DNA of 64,000 bases from Nemertoderma westbladi (Eukaryota > Animalia > Xenacoelomorpha): positions 79,649 through 143,648 of the forward strand of contig JAUCBJ010007224.1 in the NCBI GenBank assembly GCA_032718475.1, written 5' to 3'. The first letter of the stretch is position 1. Every line of letters begins with the position of its first letter. Shown piece by piece: positions 1 through 12,622 of the stretch. The notes below the pieces were generated by a model that was given only the letters and a program-made list of their open reading frames with translations, did no database searches and had not been told where the DNA came from. Made by a program: the position numbers and the translations under genes.

Positions 1-276
1 AGCCCAACTGCCCGTACAAACTCGATCGGGCCGGACGGTCCGTCCACCTGAATATCTCTAATACGTTTCGAGACTGGGGGGGGGTCATGTGGCAGCCCCA
101 CTGACATACATATTATACAGTCCCAAAACTTTGTTATTACGGTTGCCTAGCAACCCTAGAGAGGAACTCTTAGGCCCACCTACAGAACTGTACGACAGGA
201 CTGCAGTATGCCATCAGCGATCGCTCGAACTTGAGTCTACATACGTTCTCATTTCGTGGCTAGACGCCATCTCCAC

Positions 277-406
277 AATATTATGGTTTTGTTCAGAAAT
301 AGAAAAAAATGAGAAAGTACGTCACCGGGGGTTGAACCAGCGCTATACGTACGATTCAGCCTATCATGCCTCATCAGTAGCGCTAACCAGTTCAGCCACT
401 TGCCCC
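277..406 (-). mobile_element. tRNA-like SINE-type unit with degenerate hammerhead ribozyme (copy 1)
   Basis: Reverse complement of 563-692 with few substitutions. A-box TGGCTGAACTGG, B-box GGTTCAACCCC. Hammerhead core CTGATGA present but GAAA mutated to GAAT. Confidence 0.7.
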
Positions 407-562
407 TGACATTCACTCTCCCACCTAATCCACTTATATTGAACAGGCAATCTTAAGTTGCATATCCCATCTCTAACAACGGCCTCAAGTATGTTAAAGT
501 GAAACAGGAGTAAAGTACAAATAAATAAATATTCAGCTCGAATATTGCTGCCAGGTGATATT

Positions 563-692
563 GGGGCGAGTGACTGAACTGGTTAGCGCTACTGATGAGG
601 CCTGATAGGACGAAACGTACGTATAGCGCTGGTTCAACCTCCGGTGACGCGCTTTCTCATTTTTTCCATTTCCGAACAAAACCATAATATTA
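563..692 (+). mobile_element. tRNA-like SINE-type unit carrying a hammerhead ribozyme (copy 2)
   Basis: GGGGCGAG start, A-box-like TGACTGAACTGG (571-582), B-box-like GGTTCAACC (631-639), T-run at 660-665. Inverted copy at 277-406. Confidence 0.7.
583..632 (+). ncRNA. Type I minimal hammerhead ribozyme
   Basis: Helix I TTAGCGCTA/TAGCGCTGG; core CTGATGA (592-598); helix II GGCCT-gat-AGGAC; GAAA (612-615); palindromic helix III ACGTACGT; cleavage triplet GTA (621-623). Confidence 0.8.
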
Positions 693-1214
693 TCTTTAAA
701 TTTAAATACATTTACTGAGATTCCATGACAACCAAAATTATCAATAATTAAACCTACATCTCAGTCAGAATACTTCAGAAGATACAAAGGAATCGTATCA
801 AATTTTGCTGGACACCCTTTACATTCAACCTCCTAGAACTGAAACAATAGATCCAATTCTTCACTTTTTTTACTTTCTTTTTGAAGAGGTTTATAAACAA
901 GGCATATAAAGTCAGATTTATTTTTCCATCGGGATCGGGATTTTCAGGATCGAGATCGGGATCACGTTGCAACACTACTGTATTCGTTTTTCAAAAGTTA
1001 TTTGGTTTATTTCAGTTACACATCTGAATAATTCGTCTTGATCGGAAACATAAAAAGATTTAAATCCCCATTATAATGCTTACAATAAAAATAAATTTCA
1101 ATTAAAAAATTAATTAAAAAATATTTACAATAATAACCTCCAAATTAGAATCAATTCAATACATAGAAAAGCACATTGCCAATATTTTTGTTAGGCGTAC
1201 AATAGTAACTTTAT

Positions 1215-1600
1215 TTTAAATCTAAAACTTAAATATTAAACCGTTAAACTTAAATCGTACACTTTAAACTTAAAAATATTACTTAAAAACCATAAATCTA
1301 AAACTTAAATATTATACCTTTAAACTTAAATATTAAACCTTTAAACTTAAATATTAAACCGTCAAACTTAAATCGTACACTTTAAACTTAAAAATATTAC
1401 TTAAAAACCATAAATCTAAAACTTAAATATTAAAAACCTTTAAACTTAAATATTAAACCGTCAAACTTAAATCTTACACTTTAAACTTAAAAATATTACT
1501 TAAAAACCATAAATCTAAAACTTAAATATTCAACCTTTAAACTTAAATCTTCCAATTTAAACTTAAAAAGCTTAAATTAAATTGTATACTTAAAAGTTTA
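1215..1600. repeat. AT-rich hierarchical tandem repeat (TAAACTTAAA subunits, about 100-120 bp higher-order unit, about 3 copies)
   Basis: Block aaatctaaaacttaaatatt...acactttaaacttaaaaatattacttaaaaaccat recurs three times, downstream of the transposase stop. Confidence 0.8.
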
Positions 1601-1653
1601 TAATCATATATACAAATTATAAATGATATGAAACTAAACTTAAACTTAACAAT

Positions 1654-2859
1654 TTATTGCCCAACAGGCATGTTTTCTAAACGTAGAGCCGCTTCATAGA
1701 ATGTAGTGGTGTGCTGCGCTGCCCTTGAGCAGTCGCCGACTGTAACAGTGGCCCTGGAAATATCGATTAACTGTTCAAGATATTGCAATCGCTGTTCTCC
1801 TAAACCAACTCCGCTAACATCGGGGACAGTTATTGCTGATTTAACGGACGATTTAATCTTACTCCAAATCGTTTCGATGGGGTTTAACATTGGGCTATAT
1901 GGACCGAGTTTTACGAGTACAGCTTGACTTTCGGCAAAAACTAATTGTAGACGACTGTGGCAAGGCGCGTTGTCGGCGACGACAACAAGTTCGTTTAAAG
2001 CGAACCCTCCATCCACCCATTGATCCAGGGCACCTTGAACCCATTCATTCGCAGTTTCCCACGTAAATGACCCCCTCCTTGTATCCATCTTAACCACACC
2101 GTTCATTGTTATAGCACCAATAAGATGAATGTTTGGACCACGTGCGGCTGGTAAAGTAAGAATAGCTCTATTGCCTACTCTTGAACGGCCGTTTCTCCGA
2201 CGTAAAAATAAGTTAAAATTTGTCTCGTCCAGCCACATGACTTGACGCCCCTGGCGAATGTATTCGTTGATAACTTGAACATATTCACGTCGTTTCTGTT
2301 TATTGATGTCGTTGTTCATGCTAATTGGCTGGTGGTGTAACGATTTCATACTATAAAGACAACCATCCAGGGCATTCGATATGGTTGAAAGGCAAACGTT
2401 TATATTGTGACTCACCATTAGCCTGGATTTAATCATTCGTAGTGTTATGCACGGATTTTCCTCAACCCAGCTTATCATGTGTTCCAGAACAACATTACTA
2501 ATTATCTTAGGTCTATTACCCCCCTTTGGGTTTCCCTTTGGTTCTCCTGATCGAATCCATTGATACGCGGTTTTATAATTGACGCCAAGGGTATTGGCTA
2601 ATGCATTCCAGTCTTCACCTCGGTTTGCTGATTCAACAATCAACTGACGATCCCTATCGGTATACTTAAGATAGGTTGTTCTATTAACCAGGGCCGATTC
2701 TACTACTTCTGCGCGGCAATTAGGGCAAGTTGGTGAGTTTGCACCTACAATCGGAATACTACATGTTTCGTGAAGTAAGTGCCGACATGGAAGTAACCTC
2801 ACAGTGGGTTTCCGGATCATTGAATACTGACAAATGCTGCATTTGTCACTTAAGTTCAT
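1654..2859 (-). CDS. IS630/Tc1/mariner-type DDE transposase with N-terminal RING-H2 finger
   Basis: 401-aa intact ORF. aa 7-48 C-x2-C-x14-C-x-H-x2-H-x2-C-x11-C-x2-C; HTH regions (LANTLGVNYKTAYQW; ITLRMIK...STISNAL); catalytic WLDETNFN, VADNAPCH, PYSPMLNPIE (32 residues between second D and E). Confidence 0.9.
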   Translation of the reverse strand: MNLSDKCSICQYSMIRKPTVRLLPCRHLLHETCSIPIVGANSPTCPNCRAEVVESALVNRTTYLKYTDRDRQLIVESANRGEDWNALANTLGVNYKTAYQWIRSGEPKGNPKGGNRPKIISNVVLEHMISWVEENPCITLRMIKSRLMVSHNINVCLSTISNALDGCLYSMKSLHHQPISMNNDINKQKRREYVQVINEYIRQGRQVMWLDETNFNLFLRRRNGRSRVGNRAILTLPAARGPNIHLIGAITMNGVVKMDTRRGSFTWETANEWVQGALDQWVDGGFALNELVVVADNAPCHSRLQLVFAESQAVLVKLGPYSPMLNPIETIWSKIKSSVKSAITVPDVSGVGLGEQRLQYLEQLIDISRATVTVGDCSRAAQHTTTFYEAALRLENMPVGQ

Positions 2860-4814
2860 TATTGTGGGATATATTGATAACTGTAAATTGAATTAAGATA
2901 GTTTGATTATATCCAGATAATATATTATGTAATATAATATTAAGATTATATACTTTTAATTGAATGTATATTTGTAGATTAGATCGTAAGTTGTGGGAAC
3001 AATAGGCCTAGGCCTACCGTCTGTAAGTTGTGCGAATAAGATATAAACAAATATTCGTTATACTTTACATATGTCCCTTTAGAAGCCCTATAGTATACCA
3101 AGGCTTAACGCCCTATGTAATAAATGAATGCCGTGATCTAACTGCATCTAACTGCAACTAAATTGTTTCTAAATCCCCACTCCCAATGAAGGGTGGTACA
3201 ACGCGCTATTAACCGCAGGGCCAGCGGTACACCATAAGTGCGAACAACGACGCTAGCTCTCTCTAATAAGTCTATAAAGTTTATATATAGAAGGCAAGTT
3301 ATAGCTACTGTAAATGAAAACTCACGAATGATATAGCTCAATTTACACGAAATAAAATAAACATTATGTAGTAAATTGAACACATACCACAACACTACTG
3401 CGGTTTCCATATCAATTGGGCGATTCGAAATACAAACTAAAGATTAAGTTAACGTAATGGATTTTCAGCGGTACCATATACACAGCATTACATCGCCATG
3501 GGTCAGGTTATTTTACTTAAAAAAAAAATAATTTTAACATTTATATTTGTTATTGCAGGCGCCTTTGTGCGAAAGTGTGCGAAATTTAGACAGCCTTTAG
3601 TTGGATTTGAAACCGCGCCGCCAAACACTATTATGAAAGCAGTTCAGTCGCTGTATCCAATCGGACACTGGCTGACTGGGACATATAATTGTTGGGGCTT
3701 GGGGGTAGGTAGGTGGGGCTGGGGGAGTGGGTGGGTATGTCTTTGAACCCACATTGAACAAGCTGTGTGGTAATTCTGTAATTTGAACATGTTTCTAATC
3801 GCCAGAGGTAAATCGTGCGGTTACCGGAGTGGTACTGTATGTTGATCAGCGCCATCAGCGGTATACCGCAACGGCACTGCTGGTCTATCTGTTGACGGTT
3901 AATTCAACAGGAAATGCCGTGTACATTTTGAGTCATTAACAGTCAATGGTAATGAAGATCATTTACCACTCATTTACTACTCACTCTTATAATTGTATGG
4001 TGTTCTCATGTATTCCATTAGATGGCACAGCATCCAGAAATCAGAAATCAAATATACAATTTTTCGGTTTACACTATACAGTACTTGACAGTTTGAGTAG
4101 AGTAGGCCTAAGTAAAGTAAAGTAAACTGGTATGAATGGCCTAACTATCGTTTTATTACCGGTAGGGTACTTCATTGATAAGAATTACCTTCAATGAAAC
4201 TTGCATTAAACAGTTAAACCTGCTTTCAATGAAACCTTCCATTAATTGCTGAATTGATAAAAAAAAGGTTACCGGTACTCATACCAGAATACCGGTAGGT
4301 AAGAATTATTAAAGCCAAACCCGTCTACGGCACGGCCTGTCCTGTCTACTATGAATGAATATATTTATTTATTGGTTTATCGCCAAATTTAAATGTCTAC
4401 TATGAATGAATATATACTGGTATTAGGCCTACAAGACCGCAATACGACCGAGTAATTCGAACTCGTAGCCATACACATCTCGCTATCTCCTGATCTCGGT
4501 TCAGCAATCCTGAATCAGTCCAACTCTGTAACATGGATGGATATCGGTACCCACATGTAGTTTCAGCACTTTCAGCAGTCAGGCAGCGCAATATAAATGC
4601 AAAGGTACCGGGTATTACATTAGGCTCTACCCTCCATACCAGTACCGTTACAGTAATATTATATACATTATCACTATCAAATTACTGATACAGGTCTGGC
4701 ATCAGTAATTAGTATTCTGTAATCTTTGTAAAATGAAAGTATTTCCTCAGTTAGTTAAAATACATAGGCCTAAGGCAAAGATATAGGCCTACTACTGTAT
4801 TTAATAAAAAATCC

Positions 4815-5650
4815 TAAATTCCAATGGAAAATCTGAAATTCAAATGGAAAATTATAAATACTGTACAAATGGAAATCTGAAATTCAAATGGAAAATTTTA
4901 AATACAAATGGAAAATCTGAAATACAAATGGAAAATCTGAAATACAAATGGAAAATCTCAAATACAAAGTGAAATCTGTAGTTCAAATGGAAAATCTGAA
5001 GGCCAAAGGAATAATCATTTATTCCATTTATAAAGTATAGCCTTGAATATAATTTTGAATTTCTATAGAATTACACATTATTTGTTGGTTGTTGCCATTA
5101 TTGTACATATGTTGGTAGGCCTGCTACATTGCCTTATCATTTTGAAATTAAAATGGAAAATCTGAAATTCGAATGGAATATCTGAACTACAAATGAAAAA
5201 TCTGAAATTCAAATGTAAAATTTAAAATCGATTAAAATATTCTGAATATCAAACGGAAGGTTTTATAGACATTCATAAAATCGAATTCGTCATTTCTGAA
5301 ATCTACATTGAATTAACCGAAATCTAAATTTAATTTTCTAAAATCCATTTGATATATTTCAAAATTATTCTTTCCTTATCTGAAATCGTAATGTAATTTT
5401 TGAAATCCAAACGACGCATTCTGAAATCGAAATGATAATTTTAGAATCCAAATGACGCATTCTGAATTCGAAATGTAATTTAAAAAATCCAAATGACACA
5501 TGTTGAAATTGAAATGTATTTGTTTAAATACAAATGGTATATTCTGAAATCGAAATAGATTTATTGAAATCAAATTGTAACATTTTGAAATCAAAATAAA
5601 AGAACTGAAACCCAAATAGACCTTTCTGAAATCAATGTGATGATTTATGA
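4815..5650. repeat. Degenerate ~20-bp tandem repeat (AAATCTGAAATACAAATGGA), probably MITE-internal
   Basis: Clear copies at 4815-5010, decayed copies at 5140-5650. Confidence 0.7.
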
Positions 5651-5753
5651 AATACATGTTGAAAAGGTGTAGAGTATCCAAAGGTAATGCTCTACTAGCC
5701 ATGCATGTCAGTAGCAGGCCCCATCGCTTGTGGGTCAGCCGTCCACTCTTTGC

Positions 5754-8435
5754 CTAAATCGGACCAAAACAATCCACCCCTGTATTCGTAAAGGGTCGGT
5801 CATATGCCTGCACTCTCGCTTCCGGGAGTTCAGCCATCTCCTGTTCCAATACTCTGGCGTTCACCCTCTTGCAAACCAGACAGGCGTCGTACATAGTGCC
5901 TACTGCCCTGCTTGGCTGCAATATAATGAATCGCTGTCTCGCCGCCGACAAACAGTGTAACTTTCCCGCGTGATGCAACCTCTTGTGTATGGTATATTTT
6001 ATACACTGTATATCCCATAGAATCGCTCTTTGCAATTCTATTGGGTGACTAGGGATTATCACTGGGAACCGAAACTGTGAGTTTATGTCTACAGTCTGGA
6101 TTCTCGATCTATGACAAATTAAACCCTTATGGATTAATGGACTCCATTTTCTAAAGGGTTTATAGAGAACTGGTCGTTGAGCCGATAATGAATATAATTC
6201 TTTTGGGAAGGCACACATTTGATAGTATTTCAAATGCTTTAATTCCGCCTGACCAATCTCATCCTCTGTCAGAGGTTGTTTCAATTTCCGAATTCGCTCA
6301 ACATTAGTGCTCATTGGTTCTCCTAAATGTTTCGAATGTTTTATACAAAGGTACGAAATGTATCGGCTTAACCACGCAGTTCTTTTACAAATTGTCAGCC
6401 AAGAGGCAGACGAATTTAGTAATTTGTCATAAACACTGCATGACTCTAATGCCAGCGACGGTTTTCCACTAACTAATGGAAGTTTTGAATCCAAACCCGC
6501 AGGTTTGGAAACCAAAGGCTCCATTGTGTCGGTCATTTTCTGTCCGTCACTTACCAACTGTGACTCTGGTTTAGTCTGTAAGGGTGGTTTTACGTCGTAA
6601 CTTACCCTTCCGGACCTAGTTGTCACGTAAGTCTGTTGGTCTGACAGGTCTCCGGGCCGCTCCAATAACTCTTCAGGCCGCTCCAATGACGCTTCTGGCC
6701 GCTCCAATGACTTGAGTTTGGCTTTAGACTTTGACTTAAAGACTTTCTCCACTTTGACTTCTGCATCTTCAGGCATCGGATTGGTCACTATCTTTAGTCG
6801 CTCTGGCCAATGTTCCTGTGTCCTCGTTAGAAAATCAGGCCCATGCAACCAAAACTCCTGAGACTCTTCCTGACAGAATTCCGCCGGCATTGCACCTCTC
6901 GAAGTTATGTCGGCCGGGTTCAACACTCCCGGACAATGTCTCCATTGTTCCTTCATCGAAAAGTCGATGATCTGAGCGCGTCTGTTGGCCACAAATGTCT
7001 TTAGTGCAATATTGTCGGCTGCAATGTATACTAACACCAAGGATGCATCCGTCCAATAGAATAAGGTCAATGTTGTGTCTAACTCCTCTATTATCTGTTT
7101 ACTTACCTCGACTGAAACTACTGCCGCCTGTAACTCTGCACGAGGGACAGTAATGTATTTGACCGGCATTGTCTTTGATCTAGAAGTCACAAACGCCGTC
7201 TCAAACTTGTCCTGACTTACCTCTCGGCGAAGGTAGGCTACCATACCAAAGCCGGTGTCACTTGCGTCACTGAATAAATGGAGTTCGAGATCAGCTGGAA
7301 ATACCAGCTGATTCGGAAAGTAGGAGCGGGGTACATCTATATTTTTCAATAGATGTAACTCGGCTTCCCACTCTCTCCACTGCTTTGCATGTATAGGAGA
7401 TATTGGTTCGTCCCACTCTAGGTCGGACAACCAAATTTTCCTCATGCACGCTCGTGCCTGTAATATTACCAGACTGATAAAGTTCATCGGGTCAAATAGT
7501 CTACTCAATGTTGATAAGCAAATTCTCTTTGTCAAAATTTTGTCTGGACTACTGGGCTCAAATCTAACTCTTACTTGGAACTTGTCCGTATTCGGATTCC
7601 AAGCGAGTCCCAGTACTTGCGCCATGGGGATGGGTTCTACCCCCAATTCTATGTCTCCGCTCCCGCGATCTTTCACCGGGAAAGATTCTAATAGGGCCTC
7701 CGAGTTAGTAGTGAACTTGGTCAGAGGAAATCCCCCTGTAGCCAAGCACTCCTGTAGGCCGTGAGCCACTTCTATGGCTTGTTCCGCTGTGTCCTTGGAC
7801 ACCAATCCGTCGTCCATGTAGAAGTTTCTCAAGATGGACTCGATCACTTCTACTGGATACTTACCAATCTGGGCTGTTGCCGTTTTCTTTAGAACAAACA
7901 GCGTGCCATTCGGACTATTGCGGGCGCCAAATATCCTAACGTACATTTGATACATAACCACTGGGCCGGATAAGTCTTCATTCTCAAACCAGAGAAATCG
8001 AAGGCTATCCTGGTCTGCCTTACAGGCTCTTACCTGGTGGAACATGGCCTCGATGTCACAAGTAAATGCGAATCGCCACTGTCTAAAACGTAACAGTATA
8101 CCTATCAAATAATTATTCAGGTTGGGACCATCCATCAACTCTGAATTCAGGGACATACCTCTATAGACTGCTGCGCAGTCATTGACTACTCGGACTTTGT
8201 CTGGCTTGTCAGGGCGAGTCACATAGTGGTGTGGAAGGTAATATGTCTGGTCTGTCACTAAGTCAGGGTCCTCTACCTTCCCAGCAAATCTCTTGGCGAA
8301 ATATTTGTTGATCTGGGCGCAATACTTCTCCCTAATGTCCGGATTCCTTAACAGCCGAGCCCTTACTCCGTTCAATCTTTTCAAGGCTAAGTTGTAGTTG
8401 TTCTCCAACTTAGGTGGTTGTCGACGCCACAACAT
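5754..8435 (-). pseudogene. pol: BEL/Pao pol fragment: RT, RNase H, N-terminal integrase
   Basis: YYLPHHYV..KVRVVNDC, DIEAMFHQV, NFYMDDGL, LHLFSDAS, NPADITSRG, HHCC zinc finger, TGVDCFGP; ends at a frameshift. Confidence 0.9.
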
Positions 8436-9364
8436 TCCAACAAGGGTTGATCATTCTCGAGGTCCTGGCGTATCAATTCCTTCTGTAGCTCCTCCTTACT
8501 GTATTGGAAAATGTCGAGGTCTCGATATTTAGCCACTTGACCCTCCACTATATCGGTATAAGTCAAAACATTACTCAAATGGGTAGGGTGGGCCACTGAA
8601 CCAGACCCACTGGTCTGATAACAGTAGTCCTCGGGTTCACTATCTGTCCGGTCATTGTGAAGCGGTTCCGACAACCTAACATTATCGGGAATCAACTCCT
8701 CGTCCGACTCACTAACGTCACTATAATGGTCAATACAGGTTCTCCTAAACTCGTCTATGTCTGGTGGTTCTACTAATGGTGGTTGAGTTATAGGCTGTAA
8801 TTCGTCGTATCTATCCATTGGCTTGTCGCCACCTGTAAACTCATAAGACATGGGTACTCTTGTATACCAACCTAGTATAGTCCTATGGGCATGTGGTCCA
8901 TTTACATGCGGTTCAGCTGGTCTCATTTCCCATATTTGGTGTGCGATCAGCTGTTCTGCTCCAATCAACATAGAAACATTCCTATAACCTACCTGGTGTC
9001 TCGGTACTCTGAGCTTGTCAAAATACTCCTGTGCTATGGGACTCATCGGCGGCACCTTACCTAACTGCCTGCTGAACCCCTTCATAGCTAGACACTTGAA
9101 TCCGTCTAATGGCAAAGCTCTCTGTTCTTGTCGAATGTGTTGGTCTCGCGGAAGTAGGGAATCTAGTTCTACAGAAATTATGTGTCCCTTGAGGTCACCT
9201 ACCCCGTGCATAGACTTTAACTCTATTTGGATCTCCTCTGCGTCCTGGAAGCTAGAAACGGCTCTCGCCACTTCCTCGTCGATATAAGATAATGTGGACG
9301 CAGTGTCCAACATCACATATATTCGCTTCGATCCCTTATCTCCAGTGAGTTTCACTGGAATCAC
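8387..9364 (-). pseudogene. BEL/Pao aspartic protease region
   Basis: IYVMLDTASTLSYI motif; homologous to AILDSASSHSYV in 61926-63926. Confidence 0.8.
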
Positions 9365-11395
9365 GCTAAATATTTAGCCGATGATACATACGTCCGCGCG
9401 CTGGTCGATGAACTATCCGCAGTAAAACCTTGGCAGGTCACTTCTCTCGCGCTCGCCTCGCCATCCTCGTCCGACGAACCTGGTTGGTAACCATCGTCCT
9501 GGATTGCAGTGTACGTATTTCTCCTTATCGATCCGGGTTCTTTGCTCCCCTTCCTTTGAGGATTTCGCTGTAAGTAACGGTCCGGTCCGTTGGGGTATGG
9601 AAATCCGCATGTAGCAACTTGTGATGTAGTCTGCCGCATTCCATGCATCCGTCCTTGCTGTTCGGGCACTGCTGCCGTACATGGCCTGGCGCAAGACATG
9701 CCCAACAGGTGTCCAACGTCCGCACTTGAACTCTTCTGAACTTCCGAATTTAATTCCTTGAACCGTCTGCAACTGTCTAACTTATGGTCGTCAGATTTTA
9801 GCTCCTTTAGTAAGCAGTATTGGCAACCTACAAATCCATCCGGCAACTCCTGTTGCTTTAACCTAGGTCTATCTAACCGCTCACCTGACCATACTCGCGA
9901 GTCTGATCTAAAGGCTGGGGTACTCGAATTATATCTGTCTACTGAGTTAAATGTCACAGTGGTCCTGTCATCGTCAAAAATTACCATAGACTTACCGGTA
10001 ACAGGTTTAGACTCCCTCATAGAGAAGTTTGACTTCATCTCTGCTACTGTGTCTGTGGCTATAATGTCATGAATATGTTGAAGTGTCAACACCTTACCTT
10101 GACCTTCCAACTTATTCTCTAATTTGCGCTATTTCTGTTGGTAATGCATGTTTAAACGTCTTATTACGCTCTTTAAAACTTCGGCGTGATCACCATGATG
10201 AGGTAGATTCACCATCCTCAAGATGTCTAATGCGTTCGAAATAGCGTTCGCTAAGTTCAACAGCTCTAACGGAGTTGTAATCTTTCCGCCCTTACCCAAG
10301 TCTTCTACTATCGACTGTGCCATCTTGGTTTTATTCCCATAGATGTCGCTAAGCGTCTTCATTGCTAACTCGAATGCTCTCTCATTGCCGATGAAGTTGT
10401 CAGCAATTGCTCTAGGTTCTCGATGGAGCATTTGAAGCAAATAGTTGAACTTCTCATTGGGAGTAAAGGTGCTGTTGGTCAGCTGTTCGTCGACATAGGT
10501 TTCTAAACGTCCTCCAGTGTTTGTGGTTGCCCATAAACTTCTGGGGTTGTTGCGTCGGCAGTCCTTGCCTAGCAGCAAACTTCCCTATGTCTCTAAGGGT
10601 TGCGTCGTTCTGGGTTAACAAATGGTTTAGTTCCGCAGGGTTATTAAGTCTGGTCCTTTCCCGGGGATTGGAACTTGCCTGCTCTGCGTTGGTCCTTCTT
10701 TCCTTATAGTTTCGGGACTTCTGACGTCTCATGTCTTCCTCTTCATCGCTTGAGTCGGTGTCGGTTCTTAGTGCTCACGTTGGTTTGCGTGCCGAGGCCC
10801 TGACCCAAGCATCTTGTATAAACTTCTCTGCCGAATTCTCGAAGTTGGGATTATGTATATTAGGGACAGGCGTCCTTACCTGAGGTCTATGTGGTATAGT
10901 TGCCTCCGATATGCGTACTCGTTGACTAGGTTGGACTTTATCTGACTCAGGCCTGCTAGGATTAGAATTACTTCTTACCTGGGCTGCTTCCTTTAACCGT
11001 AGGTTACTAAGCATGTCCGTTATAGGTTGGATGTGCAGCGATATAGCTTGCGCTAAACTAGCACTTAACTCATCCCTCGTAATAAATTCCTGGCTAGGGT
11101 TCTGTTGTATAGTCGGCTCTATCTGAGTAATCCGCTGTCTCTCATATGATACCTCTTCCGGTTTAACCCGGAAGTTCTCCGTCGAACTGGGTCGGCGCTC
11201 TGTCCGCGTATTCCAAACCCGCGGGTTCGGTTCGCCCAATACTCGTCCTGTCGGAGTTTCTCCTCTAAACTCTCCGTTGTCCCGTTCGGTATATAGTGGT
11301 GCGTTCTGATGATGTGGATCCTGCGGGATGGGTGAAGCACTAATACCAACCGGCGTGCGATATGTAGAGAATGGTTTAGCGATCCGTGTACTCAT
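9361..11395 (-). pseudogene. gag: BEL/Pao gag fragments (several frameshifts)
   Basis: EKFNYLLQML..IYGN capsid-like block; Cys/His clusters CQYC..HKLDSC, CWACLAPGHVRQQC, CMECGRLHHKLLH. Confidence 0.8.
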
Positions 11396-11877
11396 AGTAG
11401 CTGGACCGGGTATAGGAATTCTGGTCGTCGTCGACTCGCGTATAGTCGGAGTTCTCGCTTCCTGTTCGGCCTTCTGCAGTGCGAACAGTTCTCACAACTC
11501 AGTAACTACACTCGCCATTCGCATCCCCAATCCGAGCTACCATTAGACCAACCTGGAAGCAGTTAGGCCAATAAGAGAGCCGGATTGTGAACCTATTGCT
11601 CCCTGAAATCGCAAATTGCCACCATATAAGGTAATTTTGCCGATGCTTAATTTCGCGGTACTAATAATATCATGCACAAATATAAATTTAGCGCAATTAT
11701 AAAGAAATTAAAACCAGTAGCTAGCCTCATCAAGGTTAATAACGGCAAGCCCATATCCAGGGTCCAACAAGGACTTGCTACCCTGGAACTATCTACTTAT
11801 ATCCTATTACAAAATTACATAGGTAGGGCTACATACTATACAAAATGGATGAGTTCAAATATATGGGCGTTTCAACT

Positions 11878-12050
11878 TCCTTATCTAAATATCATTGCGC
11901 GTTATGCCTTATCTAAATATCATTGCGCGTTATGCCTTATCTAAATAATTATACTGCATCACGGACTAATATATGATACTATATAATGGACTAATATATT
12001 ATACTGTATAATGGACTAATATTTTATACTGTATAATGGACTAATATTTT
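11878..12050. repeat. Two short tandem arrays (~28 bp x2 and ~25 bp x4)
   Basis: ccttatctaaatatcattgcgcgttatg repeated; ggactaatatattatactgtataat repeated. Confidence 0.75.
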
Positions 12051-12175
12051 ACATAATGTAGGTACAGCGCCATATACCGTAACAGAAGGAATAAAATATG
12101 CCAGCAAAAACTAACGAATTACTATAAGAGAATTTTAATATTAAGATAGCTAATTGACAATATTATCCTGTACCT

Positions 12176-12578
12176 TAGAATCAGCGCCCTAGAAAACCTA
12201 AAAATGTGAATTTATAGCATCGTATAAGTGAATTAAAAATTTTGTGTCCTAACTGAAAAGTGCTGGTTACTTGTTTTGTTTTCATTTTTTCCAACGCAGA
12301 GAGGACTAAACAGCCATTTATAGTAATCATATTATTTTTAAATATTTTCCAATGTATTCTGCGCCCCAGAAATCCTGTATTGAAAAACAATTAGCCGAAA
12401 TATGTAACTTTCAAATTTTGTGAAAATTGTGCACTACTTGTAATTTTGGTGCTGCAATATTACCACCCCAGTACATTTTTTTTAAGTACAAACAAAAAAT
12501 TAGACGTTTTCGTAAAAATTTGTAGTTTTTAGAGGGGGGGGGGGGGGGGGGGGGGTCATTATGACCCTCCCCCCCTTA
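12176..12578 (-). mobile_element. Terminal fragment of a non-autonomous DNA transposon (poly-G/GGTCA..TGACC end)
   Basis: Diverged reverse complement of 44955-45380; terminal poly-G..GTCATTATGACCC..poly-C hairpin next to TTAA. Confidence 0.65.
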
Positions 12579-12622
12579 ATATTATGGATAATTTAGTAAA
12601 TATAGCTTATGATATATTTAAG

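Larger units (their letters stand above)
5688..11546 (-). mobile_element. BEL/Pao LTR retrotransposon copy 1 (frameshifted, integrase truncated, LTRs not seen)
   Basis: gag fragments with zinc knuckles, protease DTAS, RT YMDD, RNase H FSDAS, integrase start GVDCFGP..KRWGLLLTCMASRA cut off at about 5688. Confidence 0.92.

Noticed and set aside
980-3500. Terminal inverted repeats for the RING-Tc1 element
   Set aside because: No convincing pair found by eye; needs a multi-copy alignment.
3598-3680. Possible tRNA-like SINE head on the minus strand
   Set aside because: A/B boxes are weak, there is no cloverleaf and no second copy in the window.
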